Origin: Actinomycetes bacterium
Lineage (GTDB): Bacteria; Actinomycetota; Actinomycetes; Actinomycetales; Microbacteriaceae
DNA: 34,396 nucleotides
Reading direction: 5' to 3'
Assembly (NCBI GenBank): GCA_030425055.1
Contig: JAUHVN010000001.1
Coordinates: forward strand, 1 to 34,396
In this document: positions 27,091 to 34,396 of the stretch, piece after piece
How the letters are laid out: each line of letters begins with the position of its first letter
Position numbering within the stretch: position 1 is the stretch's first letter
Program-made: the position numbers and the translations under genes
Notes under the pieces: generated by a model
Told to the model about the DNA's origin: nothing
What the model saw: the letters and a program-made list of their open reading frames with translations, nothing else
Database searches by the model: none

Positions 27091-27864
27091 ATGAACACTG
27101 CGACCTCGGGCGACGGCGTCGCCATCGCCTACGACCGGATCGGCGACGGGCCGACGGTCGTGATCGTCGGCGGTGCATTCTCGGTCGCCGATGACGGCCG
27201 CCCCCTCGCCGATGCGCTCGCGGCCCTCGGCTTCGAAGCCGTCGTGTACGACCGGCGCGCGCGGGCGGGCAGCGGCGATCGACGAGGGTCGACGCCCGAC
27301 GACGAGGCATCCGACCTCGCCGCGGTGATCGACGCGGTCGGGGGCGACGCGGCGGTGCTGGGCCACTCGTCCGGCGCGATCCTCGCACTCTACGCCGCGA
27401 TGCGGGGGGTGCCGATCACGGCGCTGTTCCTCTCGGAGCCGCCGCTGAGGACAAGCGGCGACGGCCCGCCCGACGACCTGGCGACCCGTCTGCAGCAGCT
27501 CGTCGACGACGGGCATCCCGATGAGGCGGTGGTGACCTTTCAGCTCGAGGCCGTCGGGCTGCCGCGCGAGATGGTCGACCAGATCCGTGCGAGTGAGCTG
27601 TTCCCGTCGCTCGTCGCGGTGGCGCAGTCCACGGTGTACGACATGCAGCTGACGGCGATGGTGTCGGCACTCCCCGCCGCCGAGCGGGCGGTCGCCCAGC
27701 CGGTCACCGTGCTGCGCGGCGCGCAGACCTTCCCGTTCCTCATCGAGGCGGCCGACCGGCTGGCCGCCGAGCTCTCCGGCGCCGAGCTCGTGGTGGTGCC
27801 CGAGTCGGTGATGCACCGGCCCGACCCGGCGGCGACCGCCCGCGTGGTGCGCGACCGCCTCTGA
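27091..27864 (+). CDS. Alpha/beta fold hydrolase, 257 aa
   Basis: SGDGVAIAY...GDGP.VVIVGGA, YDRR, GHSSGA nucleophile elbow, EPP, C-terminal His (VMHRP). Start at ATG 27091. Confidence 0.88.
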   Translation: MNTATSGDGVAIAYDRIGDGPTVVIVGGAFSVADDGRPLADALAALGFEAVVYDRRARAGSGDRRGSTPDDEASDLAAVIDAVGGDAAVLGHSSGAILALYAAMRGVPITALFLSEPPLRTSGDGPPDDLATRLQQLVDDGHPDEAVVTFQLEAVGLPREMVDQIRASELFPSLVAVAQSTVYDMQLTAMVSALPAAERAVAQPVTVLRGAQTFPFLIEAADRLAAELSGAELVVVPESVMHRPDPAATARVVRDRL

Positions 27865-27911
27865 GGTCGGTTCCGTACTGGGCTCGTGTCCCGCACGTCC
27901 GCCCACGCCGT

Positions 27912-28096
27912 CGTGCCGAACTCCTGAGTTTTCGGGCCGGCAGGCCCACATCAGCCCCAATCGTCGCGGTGTCGGCCCGTTTCTCAGGAGTTGGGCACGG
28001 GTCGACCCGCCTTCGCGGGCGAAACTCCACGGATCCGCGCCCCGGCACCCGCGAATCGGCCCGTTCGGGGCCGGGTGGCGGCGGATCCGTGGAGTT
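27912..28096. repeat. Two adjacent REP-like long inverted repeats bounded by AACTCC...GGAGTT
   Basis: CGTGCCGAACTCCTGAG (27912-27928) with CTCAGGAGTTGGGCACG (27983-27999), 1 mismatch; AACTCCACGGATCCGC (28023-28038) with GCGGATCCGTGGAGTT (28081-28096), perfect. Confidence 0.75.
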
Positions 28097-29009
28097 CTGC
28101 ACGCCGGCCCGCCGTGAGCCGGCCCGCCGTGAGCCGACCCGCCAGGAGCCGACCCGCCGCCCGCGGCCGCACCAGGCCGAGCAGAACGCCGACGATCACG
28201 AGCAGGATGCCGGTGGCCTGCGGCATACCGAACCTCTCGCCCGCCAGCGCGACGCCGAGCACGACACCCGTGACGGGGTTGAGCAGGCCGACCATGCCGA
28301 CGGCGGCACCGGGAAGCCGCCGCAGGCCGGTGAACCACGCCGCGTACGCGACGGCGGTCGCGATGACGATGACGTAGGCGAAGCCCAGGACGGCCGCGCC
28401 GTCGAGCGCGGGTGGCGCGCCCTCGACGATGACCGCAGCCGGCAGTACCACCAGCGACCCGGCGACCAGCTGCCATCCGGTCATGGTGAGCGGCGGCACG
28501 TCCTTCCCCCACCGCGCCGTCAGCACGAACCCGAGCGACGACGCGAGCATCGCCCCGATCGAGGCGACGACGCCCCACACGTCGACGCCGCCGGTCGTGG
28601 GCTCCATCATGACGACGACCCCGAGGATCCCCACCGCCGCTCCCCCGGCCGCCCGCAGGCGGGGGCGCTGCTTCAGCAGCATCCAGCTCATGAGCATGAG
28701 TGCGGCGGCCGACGTCGACATGAGGGTCGACGCAAGGCTCGAGTCGAGCCGCTGGGCCGCGATGTAGACGAGCACGTTGAGGCCGCCGACGGTGAGCGTG
28801 CCCGTCACGAGCGACTTCCACCACCACGAACCGCTCGGCAGCCGTCGCACGATCAGCAGCACGAGGATGCCGGCGGGAAGCGAGCGGATCACCGCTCCCC
28901 ACAGCGCGGCGTCCGGCGGCAGCAGGTGCCGGGTGACGACGTATGTGCTCCCCCACGCGATCGGCGCGATCGCCGTGATCGCGATCCATCGCAGCCAGTT
29001 AGTTTCCAT
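27984..29009 (-). CDS. EamA/DMT family transporter (PecM-like), 341 aa
   Basis: TAIAPIAWGSTYVVT..LLPP...IRSLPAG...WWWKS; about 10 TM segments; TGWQLVAG; GLLNPVTGV.LG...GE. True start is ATG 29009, not 30866. Confidence 0.9.
   Translation of the reverse strand: METNWLRWIAITAIAPIAWGSTYVVTRHLLPPDAALWGAVIRSLPAGILVLLIVRRLPSGSWWWKSLVTGTLTVGGLNVLVYIAAQRLDSSLASTLMSTSAAALMLMSWMLLKQRPRLRAAGGAAVGILGVVVMMEPTTGGVDVWGVVASIGAMLASSLGFVLTARWGKDVPPLTMTGWQLVAGSLVVLPAAVIVEGAPPALDGAAVLGFAYVIVIATAVAYAAWFTGLRRLPGAAVGMVGLLNPVTGVVLGVALAGERFGMPQATGILLVIVGVLLGLVRPRAAGRLLAGRLTAGRLTAGRRAELHGSAATRPRTGRFAGAGARIRGVSPAKAGRPVPNS
28103..28162. repeat. 15-bp tandem repeat, about 4 copies, inside the EamA C-terminal tail
   Basis: GCCGGCCCGCCGTGA x2, GCCGACCCGCCAGGA, GCCGACCCGCCGCCC; encodes AGRLL/AGRLT/AGRLT/AGR on the minus strand. 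Confidence 0.8.
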
Positions 29010-29042
29010 GGAAGACAATATAGCTTCCGCGGAAGGTAATGT
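29000..29042. promoter_or_regulatory. Two palindromic MarR operators over divergent leaderless promoters
   Basis: TAGTTTCCATGGAAGACA (29000-29017) and TAGCTTCCGCGGAAGGTA (29021-29038), with core palindromes TTCCATGGAA and CTTCCGCGGAAG; -10 TATATT (minus, 29022-29017) and TAATGT (plus, 29037-29042). Confidence 0.78.
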
Positions 29043-29048
29043 CGAGGC

Positions 29049-29561
29049 ATGACTTCGGACCAGCCGCACCGCGACCGCGTCGATCGCATCCGAGAGGAGT
29101 GGGCGGCGATCCGTCCCGACCTCGACACGCGCCCGCAGGACGTCATCGGGCGACTGCATCGGCTCGCCAATGCGTTGACGGCCGAGCTGGTGGCCGTCTA
29201 CGCCGAGTACGACCTCACCGAGGCCGAGTTCGACCTGCTCGCGTCGCTGCGCCGTTCGAGTGCCGCCGGCGAGCTGCCTGCGGGTGAGCTCGCTGCGCAC
29301 ACGATGGTGACGACCGGCGGCCTCACCAAGCGCGTCGACCGCCTCGAGTCCCGCGGCCTGGTCGCGCGCAGCGCGGCCGATGACGACGCTCGGCGCCGGA
29401 TCGTGCGGCTCACCCCCTCGGGCACCAAGTTGATCGATGCCGCCTTCACCGCGCACATGGCCAACGAGCGGCGCCTGCTCGACGATCTGGGACCGGCGGA
29501 TGCCGCAGCCCTCGAGCCGATCCTCCGGCGCTGGCTCGCGCGGTTCGAGCAACCGCATTGA
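29049..29561 (+). CDS. MarR family regulator, PecS/UrtR subfamily-like, 170 aa
   Basis: DRVDRI..EW...RPDLD N-terminal helix, EFDLLASLRR, TTGGLTKRVDRLE..GLV.R, D.RR..V.LT..G; divergent from an EamA gene. Confidence 0.9.
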   Translation: MTSDQPHRDRVDRIREEWAAIRPDLDTRPQDVIGRLHRLANALTAELVAVYAEYDLTEAEFDLLASLRRSSAAGELPAGELAAHTMVTTGGLTKRVDRLESRGLVARSAADDDARRRIVRLTPSGTKLIDAAFTAHMANERRLLDDLGPADAAALEPILRRWLARFEQPH

Positions 29562-29593
29562 CGCGTGATGCGTGATGCTTGATGCTTGATGAA
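29558..29593 (+). promoter_or_regulatory. Leaderless vapBC promoter made of five 7-bp direct repeats
   Basis: TGACGCG TGATGCG TGATGCT TGATGCT TGATGAA (29559-29593); TTGACG (29558-29563), 17 bp, GATGCT (29581-29586), 6 nt, ATG. Confidence 0.7.
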
Positions 29594-29820
29594 TGCGCAC
29601 CACGGTCACGATCGACGACGACGTCCTCGCCGCAGCCAAGCAGTTCGCCGAGGCGCGGGGGATCACGCTGGGTGAGGCGCTGTCGCAGCTCGCGCGGGCG
29701 ACCCTGACCGAGCGCAAGCGCTTCGGCACCCGCAACGGCATCGTCCTGCTGCCGGCACCGCCCACGGCGGGCCGCGCGACGCTCGAAGACGTGAGCGAAC
29801 TCCAGGACGACCTGCCGTGA
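29593..29820 (+). CDS. vapB: VapB-type ribbon-helix-helix antitoxin, 75 aa
   Basis: MRTTVTIDDDVLAAAK..A...G.TLGE.LS.LAR; GTGA overlap with a PIN toxin gene. Confidence 0.88.
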   Translation: MRTTVTIDDDVLAAAKQFAEARGITLGEALSQLARATLTERKRFGTRNGIVLLPAPPTAGRATLEDVSELQDDLP

Positions 29821-30245
29821 CGCGGCATCTGCTCGACGTCAACACCGTCATCGCGCTCATCGACCCCTTGCACGTGCATCACGAGCGCGCGCATCGCTGG
29901 TTCGCCTCCCGCGGCGACGACGCGTGGCACACGTGCCCGATCGTGCAGAACGGCGTCGTGCGGATCGTGAGCCACCCGAAGTACGCCAACACGCAGCCGG
30001 CGCCGACCGTCATGGCGAGCCTGTCGAGTCTCGCCGCGCACCCGCTCCACTCGTTCCTCGCCGACTCCGTCAGCCTGCTCGACAGCTCGATCCACACCGA
30101 GAGACTGCTCGCGAGCAGCCAGGTGACCGACACCTATCTTCTGCACCTCGCCGCCTCGCACGACGCCATGCTCGCGACGTTCGACAACCGCGTCGTGACG
30201 GGCACGGTGCCCGCGGGGTCGAAGGTGCTGTTCCCGATCCCCTGA
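29817..30245 (+). CDS. vapC: VapC family PIN-domain ribonuclease toxin, 142 aa
   Basis: LLDVN..IAL...H.HH..A..WF, TCPIVQNG.VRI.S.P, QVTD.YLL.LA, LATFD. Confidence 0.9.
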   Translation: MTRHLLDVNTVIALIDPLHVHHERAHRWFASRGDDAWHTCPIVQNGVVRIVSHPKYANTQPAPTVMASLSSLAAHPLHSFLADSVSLLDSSIHTERLLASSQVTDTYLLHLAASHDAMLATFDNRVVTGTVPAGSKVLFPIP

Positions 30246-30360
30246 GGATCCGCGACCGAGACCCTCCGAGCTCGCTGCGCCCCGCCCACGCCAGGCCGAA
30301 GGGGCCGTTCGTGCCCAGCGCCTAGAATTGACGGGTCCCCGAACCCCCTCCAGGATCACC

Positions 30361-31083
30361 GTGACCACTCCACCCTCCGACCGCGCGCCCGAGAGCGCCG
30401 ACGCGCCCGCCGCCCCGGCGAGGCCGACGTCGCGCCCGGTGCCCGCGTTCACGGTGCGGCACATCCAGCTCGCGCGGGCCCTGTTCGCGGCGATCGCGGC
30501 GATCATGATCACCTTCAGCCCCGACCACTCCGCGGTCGTCGGGCTCTCGGTGTTCAGCGGCTTCGCGATCGCGACCGCCCTCGTGCTGCTGCTGGGCGTG
30601 TGGCTCGCGTACCCGAAGGGCCGGCGCTGGCCGTGGCTGCTCACCGGGTCGGTGACGGCCCTCGCGGGCATGGCCGCCGGTATGTACCCCTTCCGCACCG
30701 TGCTCGGCTTCTTCGTGATCATGGTCACCTGGGCGCTTGTGGCCGGCCTCATCGAGTCGATGTCGGGTTGGTGGATGCTGCGGCACGACGTGAAGCGCGG
30801 CGACATGCCGCGCAGCGAAGCGCGCGACGCGATCGTGGTCGGCGCCCTCGGCGTCGTGCTCGGCATCGCGCTGCTGCTCGTGCCCGCCGGCTACGCGCTG
30901 CCGTACACGATCGCCGAGGCGGATCAGACCTTCGTGCTCACGGGCATCATCATCGGCGTCGGCATCTTCGGCGGCTACGCCGCGATCGTGGCGGTGTACC
31001 TGGGCATCGCCGGCTTCTCGCCGCGGACCGACGGGCCTGCCGAGCCCGAGACCGAGTCGACCGAACGGAAAGACCTCGCGTGA
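30361..31083 (+). CDS. Conserved multi-pass membrane protein (HdeD/DUF308-like)
   Basis: Six or seven hydrophobic segments; ITFSPDHS, ARDAIVVG and GIFGGYAAIVAVYLGIAGFSP; GTG start at 30361; -10 TAGAAT at 30323-30328. Confidence 0.75.
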   Translation: MTTPPSDRAPESADAPAAPARPTSRPVPAFTVRHIQLARALFAAIAAIMITFSPDHSAVVGLSVFSGFAIATALVLLLGVWLAYPKGRRWPWLLTGSVTALAGMAAGMYPFRTVLGFFVIMVTWALVAGLIESMSGWWMLRHDVKRGDMPRSEARDAIVVGALGVVLGIALLLVPAGYALPYTIAEADQTFVLTGIIIGVGIFGGYAAIVAVYLGIAGFSPRTDGPAEPETESTERKDLA

Positions 31084-31415
31084 CCGACCACAAGCCCTCC
31101 CGCCGTGACCTGCTGCGCCCCGTGCAGCTGCTGGCGCTCGCATTCGGCGCGGCCCTGTTCGCCGGCATCGTCACCCTGGTGACGATGGGGTTCTTCCAGG
31201 ACCGCACGGCAGACGAGGGCACGCGCGCGATCGTGGTCGCGCTCGTCGTCGCCGGCATCACGTTCATCGCGGTGCTGGTGATCGTCGCGCTGCTGCTGCT
31301 CGCGGTCGATCCGGCTCAGATCACGAAGCCCGTCGATCGCGCGGTGCTGCTCGATCCCGAGCCCGACTCCGACGCGGATGCGCCGGACGACGCCCCGGGC
31401 GCGCCCCAGGCGTGA
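31080..31415 (+). CDS. Small two-TM membrane protein of unknown function, 111 aa
   Basis: GTGA overlap with the previous stop; KPSRRDLLRPVQLL followed by two hydrophobic helices and an acidic tail. Confidence 0.78.
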   Translation: MTDHKPSRRDLLRPVQLLALAFGAALFAGIVTLVTMGFFQDRTADEGTRAIVVALVVAGITFIAVLVIVALLLLAVDPAQITKPVDRAVLLDPEPDSDADAPDDAPGAPQA

Positions 31416-31423
31416 CCCGGTGG

Positions 31424-32803
31424 TCAGGCGCCGTCGACCAGGCGTGAAGCGAGGCCCGTGTACGTCGCGGGCGTGAGGGCGAGCAGTCGCCGCTTCGCGG
31501 CATCCCCGATGTCGAGGCCCTCGACGAACTCGGCAAGCTCGGCGGCACCGACCCGTCGGCCGCGCGTGAGGTCCTTCAGCATTGCGTAGGGGTCGCTGAT
31601 CTGCGACCGGCCGGCCGTGATCTCGGCCCGTACGACGGTCTGGATCGCCTCGGCCAGCACCTCCCAGTTGCCGTCGAGGTCGGCATCGAGCACCGGCTGA
31701 GCGAGCGCGATCTCACCGAGTCCGCGCTGCAGGTTGTCGAGCGCGAGCAGCGAGTGGCCGAAGGCGACGCCGATGTTGCGCTGCGTCGTCGAGTCGGTCA
31801 GGTCGCGCTGCAGGCGCGAGGTCACGAGGGTCTGCGACAGCGTCGCGAACAGACCGCCCGAGATCTCGAGGTTCGCCTCGGCGTTCTCGAACCGGATCGG
31901 ATTGATCTTGTGGGGCATCGTCGACGACCCGGTCGCGCCGGCCACGGGGATCTGCGAGAAGTACCCGAGCGAGATGTACGTCCACACGTCGGTCGCGAGG
32001 TTGTGCAGGATGCCGCCGGCATGCCGCGCGCGGTCGTAGAGCTCGACCTGCCAGTCGTGCGACTCGATCTGGGTCGTGAGGCCGTTGAAGTCGAGCCCGA
32101 GTCCCTCGACGAAACCGCGTGACAGCTCGACCCAGTCCACGTCGGGCTCGGCCGACAGGTGGGCCGACCACGTTCCGGTCGCGCCCGAGAACTTGGCCAG
32201 GTACTCGCCGCCGGCGATCTGGTCGGCCACGCGGGTCAGCCGTCGCGCGAAGACCGCGAGCTCCTTGCCCATCGTGGTGGGAGTGGCCGGCTGTCCATGG
32301 GTGCGCGAGAGCATCGCGGCATCCCGGTGTCGCACGGCGAGATCGTCGAGCGACGCGATCACGCCGCGCAGCGCCGGCATCCACACTCGCTCCACGGCGC
32401 GACGCACCGTGAGGGCATAGGAGGCCGAGTTGATGTCCTCGCTCGTGCACGCGAAGTGGGTGAGCTCGGCGATGCCGTCGAGGCCGAGTTGCTCGAGACG
32501 GTGGCGGACCAGATACTCGACCGCCTTGACGTCGTGCCGCGTGACGGCCTCCTTCTCGGCGAGCCAGTCGATCTCGACCTGACCGAAGTCGAGGTACAGG
32601 CTGCGCAGCCGAGCCTTGTCGTCGTCGGCGATCGGCGACGTGCCGAACAGCGAGCGGTCGGTGAGGGCGATCAGCCACTCGACCTCGACCTCGACGCGGG
32701 CCCGGTTGAGCCCCGCCTCCGAGAGATGGTCGGTGAGGCCGCCGACGGCGGCGCGATAGCGCCCGTCGAGAGGGCTGAGCGGCTGAGGGGGAAGAGCGGT
32801 CAC
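31424..32803 (-). CDS. purB: Adenylosuccinate lyase, 459 aa
   Basis: LSPLDGRY, TRHDVKAVEY, HFACTSEDIN, RTHGQPATPTT.GKE, fumarate-lyase signature GSSTMPHKINPIRFEN, SRLQRDLTDST. Confidence 0.97.
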   Translation of the reverse strand: MTALPPQPLSPLDGRYRAAVGGLTDHLSEAGLNRARVEVEVEWLIALTDRSLFGTSPIADDDKARLRSLYLDFGQVEIDWLAEKEAVTRHDVKAVEYLVRHRLEQLGLDGIAELTHFACTSEDINSASYALTVRRAVERVWMPALRGVIASLDDLAVRHRDAAMLSRTHGQPATPTTMGKELAVFARRLTRVADQIAGGEYLAKFSGATGTWSAHLSAEPDVDWVELSRGFVEGLGLDFNGLTTQIESHDWQVELYDRARHAGGILHNLATDVWTYISLGYFSQIPVAGATGSSTMPHKINPIRFENAEANLEISGGLFATLSQTLVTSRLQRDLTDSTTQRNIGVAFGHSLLALDNLQRGLGEIALAQPVLDADLDGNWEVLAEAIQTVVRAEITAGRSQISDPYAMLKDLTRGRRVGAAELAEFVEGLDIGDAAKRRLLALTPATYTGLASRLVDGA

Positions 32804-32813
32804 AGTGCTCCGA

Positions 32814-33320
32814 TCACATCGCGGGTCGGATCGCGGGTTCGAGTTGCCGGAAGAGCGCCCGGCTCGCGCTCTCGATCATACCGAGCACCTCATCGAACAT
32901 TCCGGGGCCGGCATAGTACGGGTCGGGCACGTCGAGCGTGCGGGCGTCGGGGTCGAAGGCGAGCAGAAGGGCGAGCTTGTCGGCGTCGCCGTCGGCACGT
33001 GCCCACCCCCGCAGGATGCGCTCGTGCGTGCGGTCGAGCGAGACGATCAGGTCGCTGCGGGCGAAGTCGGCCTGCGTGAACTGCCGCGCGCGGTGGTGGG
33101 TGCCGTCGTAGCCGCGTCTGGCGAGCGCGTCGACGGTGCGTTGGTCGGCGCGCTCTCCGACATGCCAGTCGCCGGTGCCGGCGCTGGTGGATGCCACGCG
33201 GTCGCCGAGCCCCGCGGCATCCGCGGCGGCACGGAACACCACATCGGCCATCGGCGAGCGGCAGATGTTGCCGGTGCAGACGAACACCACCCGGAAGGGG
33301 TCGGCGGCACCGCTGGTCAT
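32814..33320 (-). CDS. ptpA: Low-molecular-weight protein-tyrosine phosphatase
   Basis: P-loop VCTGNICRSPMA, SAGT..WHVG, ARQF, DVPDPYY. Start is 33320 or 33329. Confidence 0.93.
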   Translation of the reverse strand: MTSGAADPFRVVFVCTGNICRSPMADVVFRAAADAAGLGDRVASTSAGTGDWHVGERADQRTVDALARRGYDGTHHRARQFTQADFARSDLIVSLDRTHERILRGWARADGDADKLALLLAFDPDARTLDVPDPYYAGPGMFDEVLGMIESASRALFRQLEPAIRPAM

Positions 33321-33481
33321 GCCTTCCATTGTGTTGATTTCGTCGGTCCGTGCACAGGGCGGCGGATGCCCGAGATGAGGAAAAGTTCACCGGAATCTCA
33401 TCCGGCACCCTTCCGACCGTCCACCCGCGCACCTTAGGTTGACAGAGGGGCCGGTCGGCTCCGTTCCCACGAGGAGGATCC

Positions 33482-34396
33482 GTGCCACGTCTTTCCCCAC
33501 GCGCCGCCATCGTCGCTCTGACCGCGGCCGCGCTCGCCGTCACCGGGTTCGTCGCCCCAACGGCCGCCACCGCCGCCGAGCCCACCGAGCCGTTCATCAG
33601 CGAGTACGTCGAGGGCTCGTCGAACAACAAGGCCATTGAGATCTACAACCCGACCGGGTCGGCGATCGATCTCGCCGCGGGGCAGTACAACATCCAGCAG
33701 TTCTCGAACGGCAGCAGCTCGGCCGGCATCACGATCAACCTGACCGGAACGGTCGCACCGGGCGACGTGTACGTCGTGGCCCACTCGTCCGCCGCACCGG
33801 CCGTCACGGCCATCGCGGATCAAACCAGCGGCGCCGGCCTGTTCAACGGGGACGACGCACTCACGTTGCGCAAGAACACGACCGTCATCGATTCGTTCGG
33901 TCAGGTCGGCGTCGATCCGGGGAGCGCTTGGTCGGCGAACGGCGTCACCACCCTCAACAGCACGCTCGTTCGCGCCGCCGACGTCTGCGTCGGAGACACG
34001 GTGGTCGACGACCCCTTCGACCCGTCCGTCGAGTGGACCGGCTTCCCGCAGGACACGTTCGACGGCCTCGGTTCGCACACCGCGGACTGCGGCGACGTCG
34101 AGCCGCCCGAGCCGACCGTCGTGATCAACGAGTTCTCGGCCTCGACCACGGGTGTCGACGTCGAGTACCTCGAGCTGCTCGCCACCGGCACGAGCGACCT
34201 CTCCGACTACGCGGTGGTGCAGATCGAGGGCGAAGCGGGCGCTACGAGTGCGCCGATCGGCACGATCGACAGCGTCACGACCTTCCCGGCACCCGACGCC
34301 GACGGCCGCTCCCTGGTCTCGCTTCCGGCCAACGAGCTCGAGAACGGCACGATGTCGCTGCTTCTGGTCACCGGCTTCAGCGGGGCCGAGGGCAAC
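33482..34396 (+). CDS. Secreted lamin-tail-domain protein, probably an ExeM/NucH-type extracellular nuclease (partial, runs off the window)
   Basis: Absent from the ORF track. RBS GAGGAGG, GTG 33482, signal peptide (MPRLSPRAAIVALTAAALAVTGFVAPTAATAA), LTD motif FISEYVEGSSNNKAIEIYNPT...FNGDDAL.L...ID.FGQ.G.DPG, and a second LTD-like start VVINEF...EYLEL. The catalytic domain is not visible. Confidence 0.82.
   Translation, partial: MPRLSPRAAIVALTAAALAVTGFVAPTAATAAEPTEPFISEYVEGSSNNKAIEIYNPTGSAIDLAAGQYNIQQFSNGSSSAGITINLTGTVAPGDVYVVAHSSAAPAVTAIADQTSGAGLFNGDDALTLRKNTTVIDSFGQVGVDPGSAWSANGVTTLNSTLVRAADVCVGDTVVDDPFDPSVEWTGFPQDTFDGLGSHTADCGDVEPPEPTVVINEFSASTTGVDVEYLELLATGTSDLSDYAVVQIEGEAGATSAPIGTIDSVTTFPAPDADGRSLVSLPANELENGTMSLLLVTGFSGAEGN

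Noticed and set aside
27912-28162. Possible CRISPR array or IS ends
   Set aside because: The repeats are inverted pairs or spacer-less tandem 15-mers; there is no repeat-spacer periodicity, cas gene or transposase.
5182-28989. Many long overlapping ORFs (e.g. 5940..7862, 19641..21785, 24529..26352, 27079..28989)
   Set aside because: Arg/Pro/Ala-rich, motif-free translations in alternative or antisense frames of well-supported genes; expected from stop-codon scarcity at about 70% GC.
29930-29960. VapC with Gln in place of the second acidic PIN residue (CPIVQNG), suggesting an inactive toxin
   Set aside because: Gln at this position is, to my knowledge, common in this VapC subfamily, and the other acidic residues are present; not evidence of decay.
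29010-30866. 619-aa N-terminal extension of the 960-aa ORF 27984..30866, which looks like a giant EamA fusion
   Set aside because: It is the antisense shadow of the MarR, vapB, vapC and membrane-protein genes; EamA similarity and a promoter begin at ATG 29009.

Overview
High-GC (about 70% by eye) actinobacterial chromosomal DNA; protein families, gene order (ptpA-purB) and many leaderless TANNNT-type promoters suggest Microbacterium or a related Microbacteriaceae genome. The left end is the tail of a defence locus: the 3' end of an unidentified ORF, a type I restriction subunit hsdR, and a MazE/MazF-type toxin-antitoxin pair. About 26 kb of accessory, small-molecule-handling genes follow: an ECF41 sigma factor with a divergent NAD(P)-binding protein, prolyl oligopeptidase, SnoaL, glutamine amidotransferase, two beta-lactamase-fold serine hydrolases, DUF1801, a ThrE exporter, VOC proteins, GNAT, MBL-fold hydrolase, a His-rich TPR protein, dienelactone hydrolase, Zn-ADH, alpha/beta hydrolases, a PecS/PecM-like pair and a VapBC pair. 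The right end is core genome: two membrane proteins, purB, a low-molecular-weight protein tyrosine phosphatase and a secreted LTD-domain nuclease-like gene that runs off the window. The best candidate for an undescribed system is a three-gene module (18.4-24.6 kb). In it a large ATP-binding LuxR (LAL) regulator lies between an Rv2258c-like methyltransferase and an alpha/beta-hydrolase-glycosyltransferase fusion, and both enzyme promoters carry the same 22-bp box. Other notable signals are a mirror-symmetric double ECF41 promoter and a strongly over-represented heptamer, GGATGCC/GGCATCC. No tRNA, rRNA, CRISPR array, integrase or transposase was seen. All calls come from reading the sequence; no database search was run.
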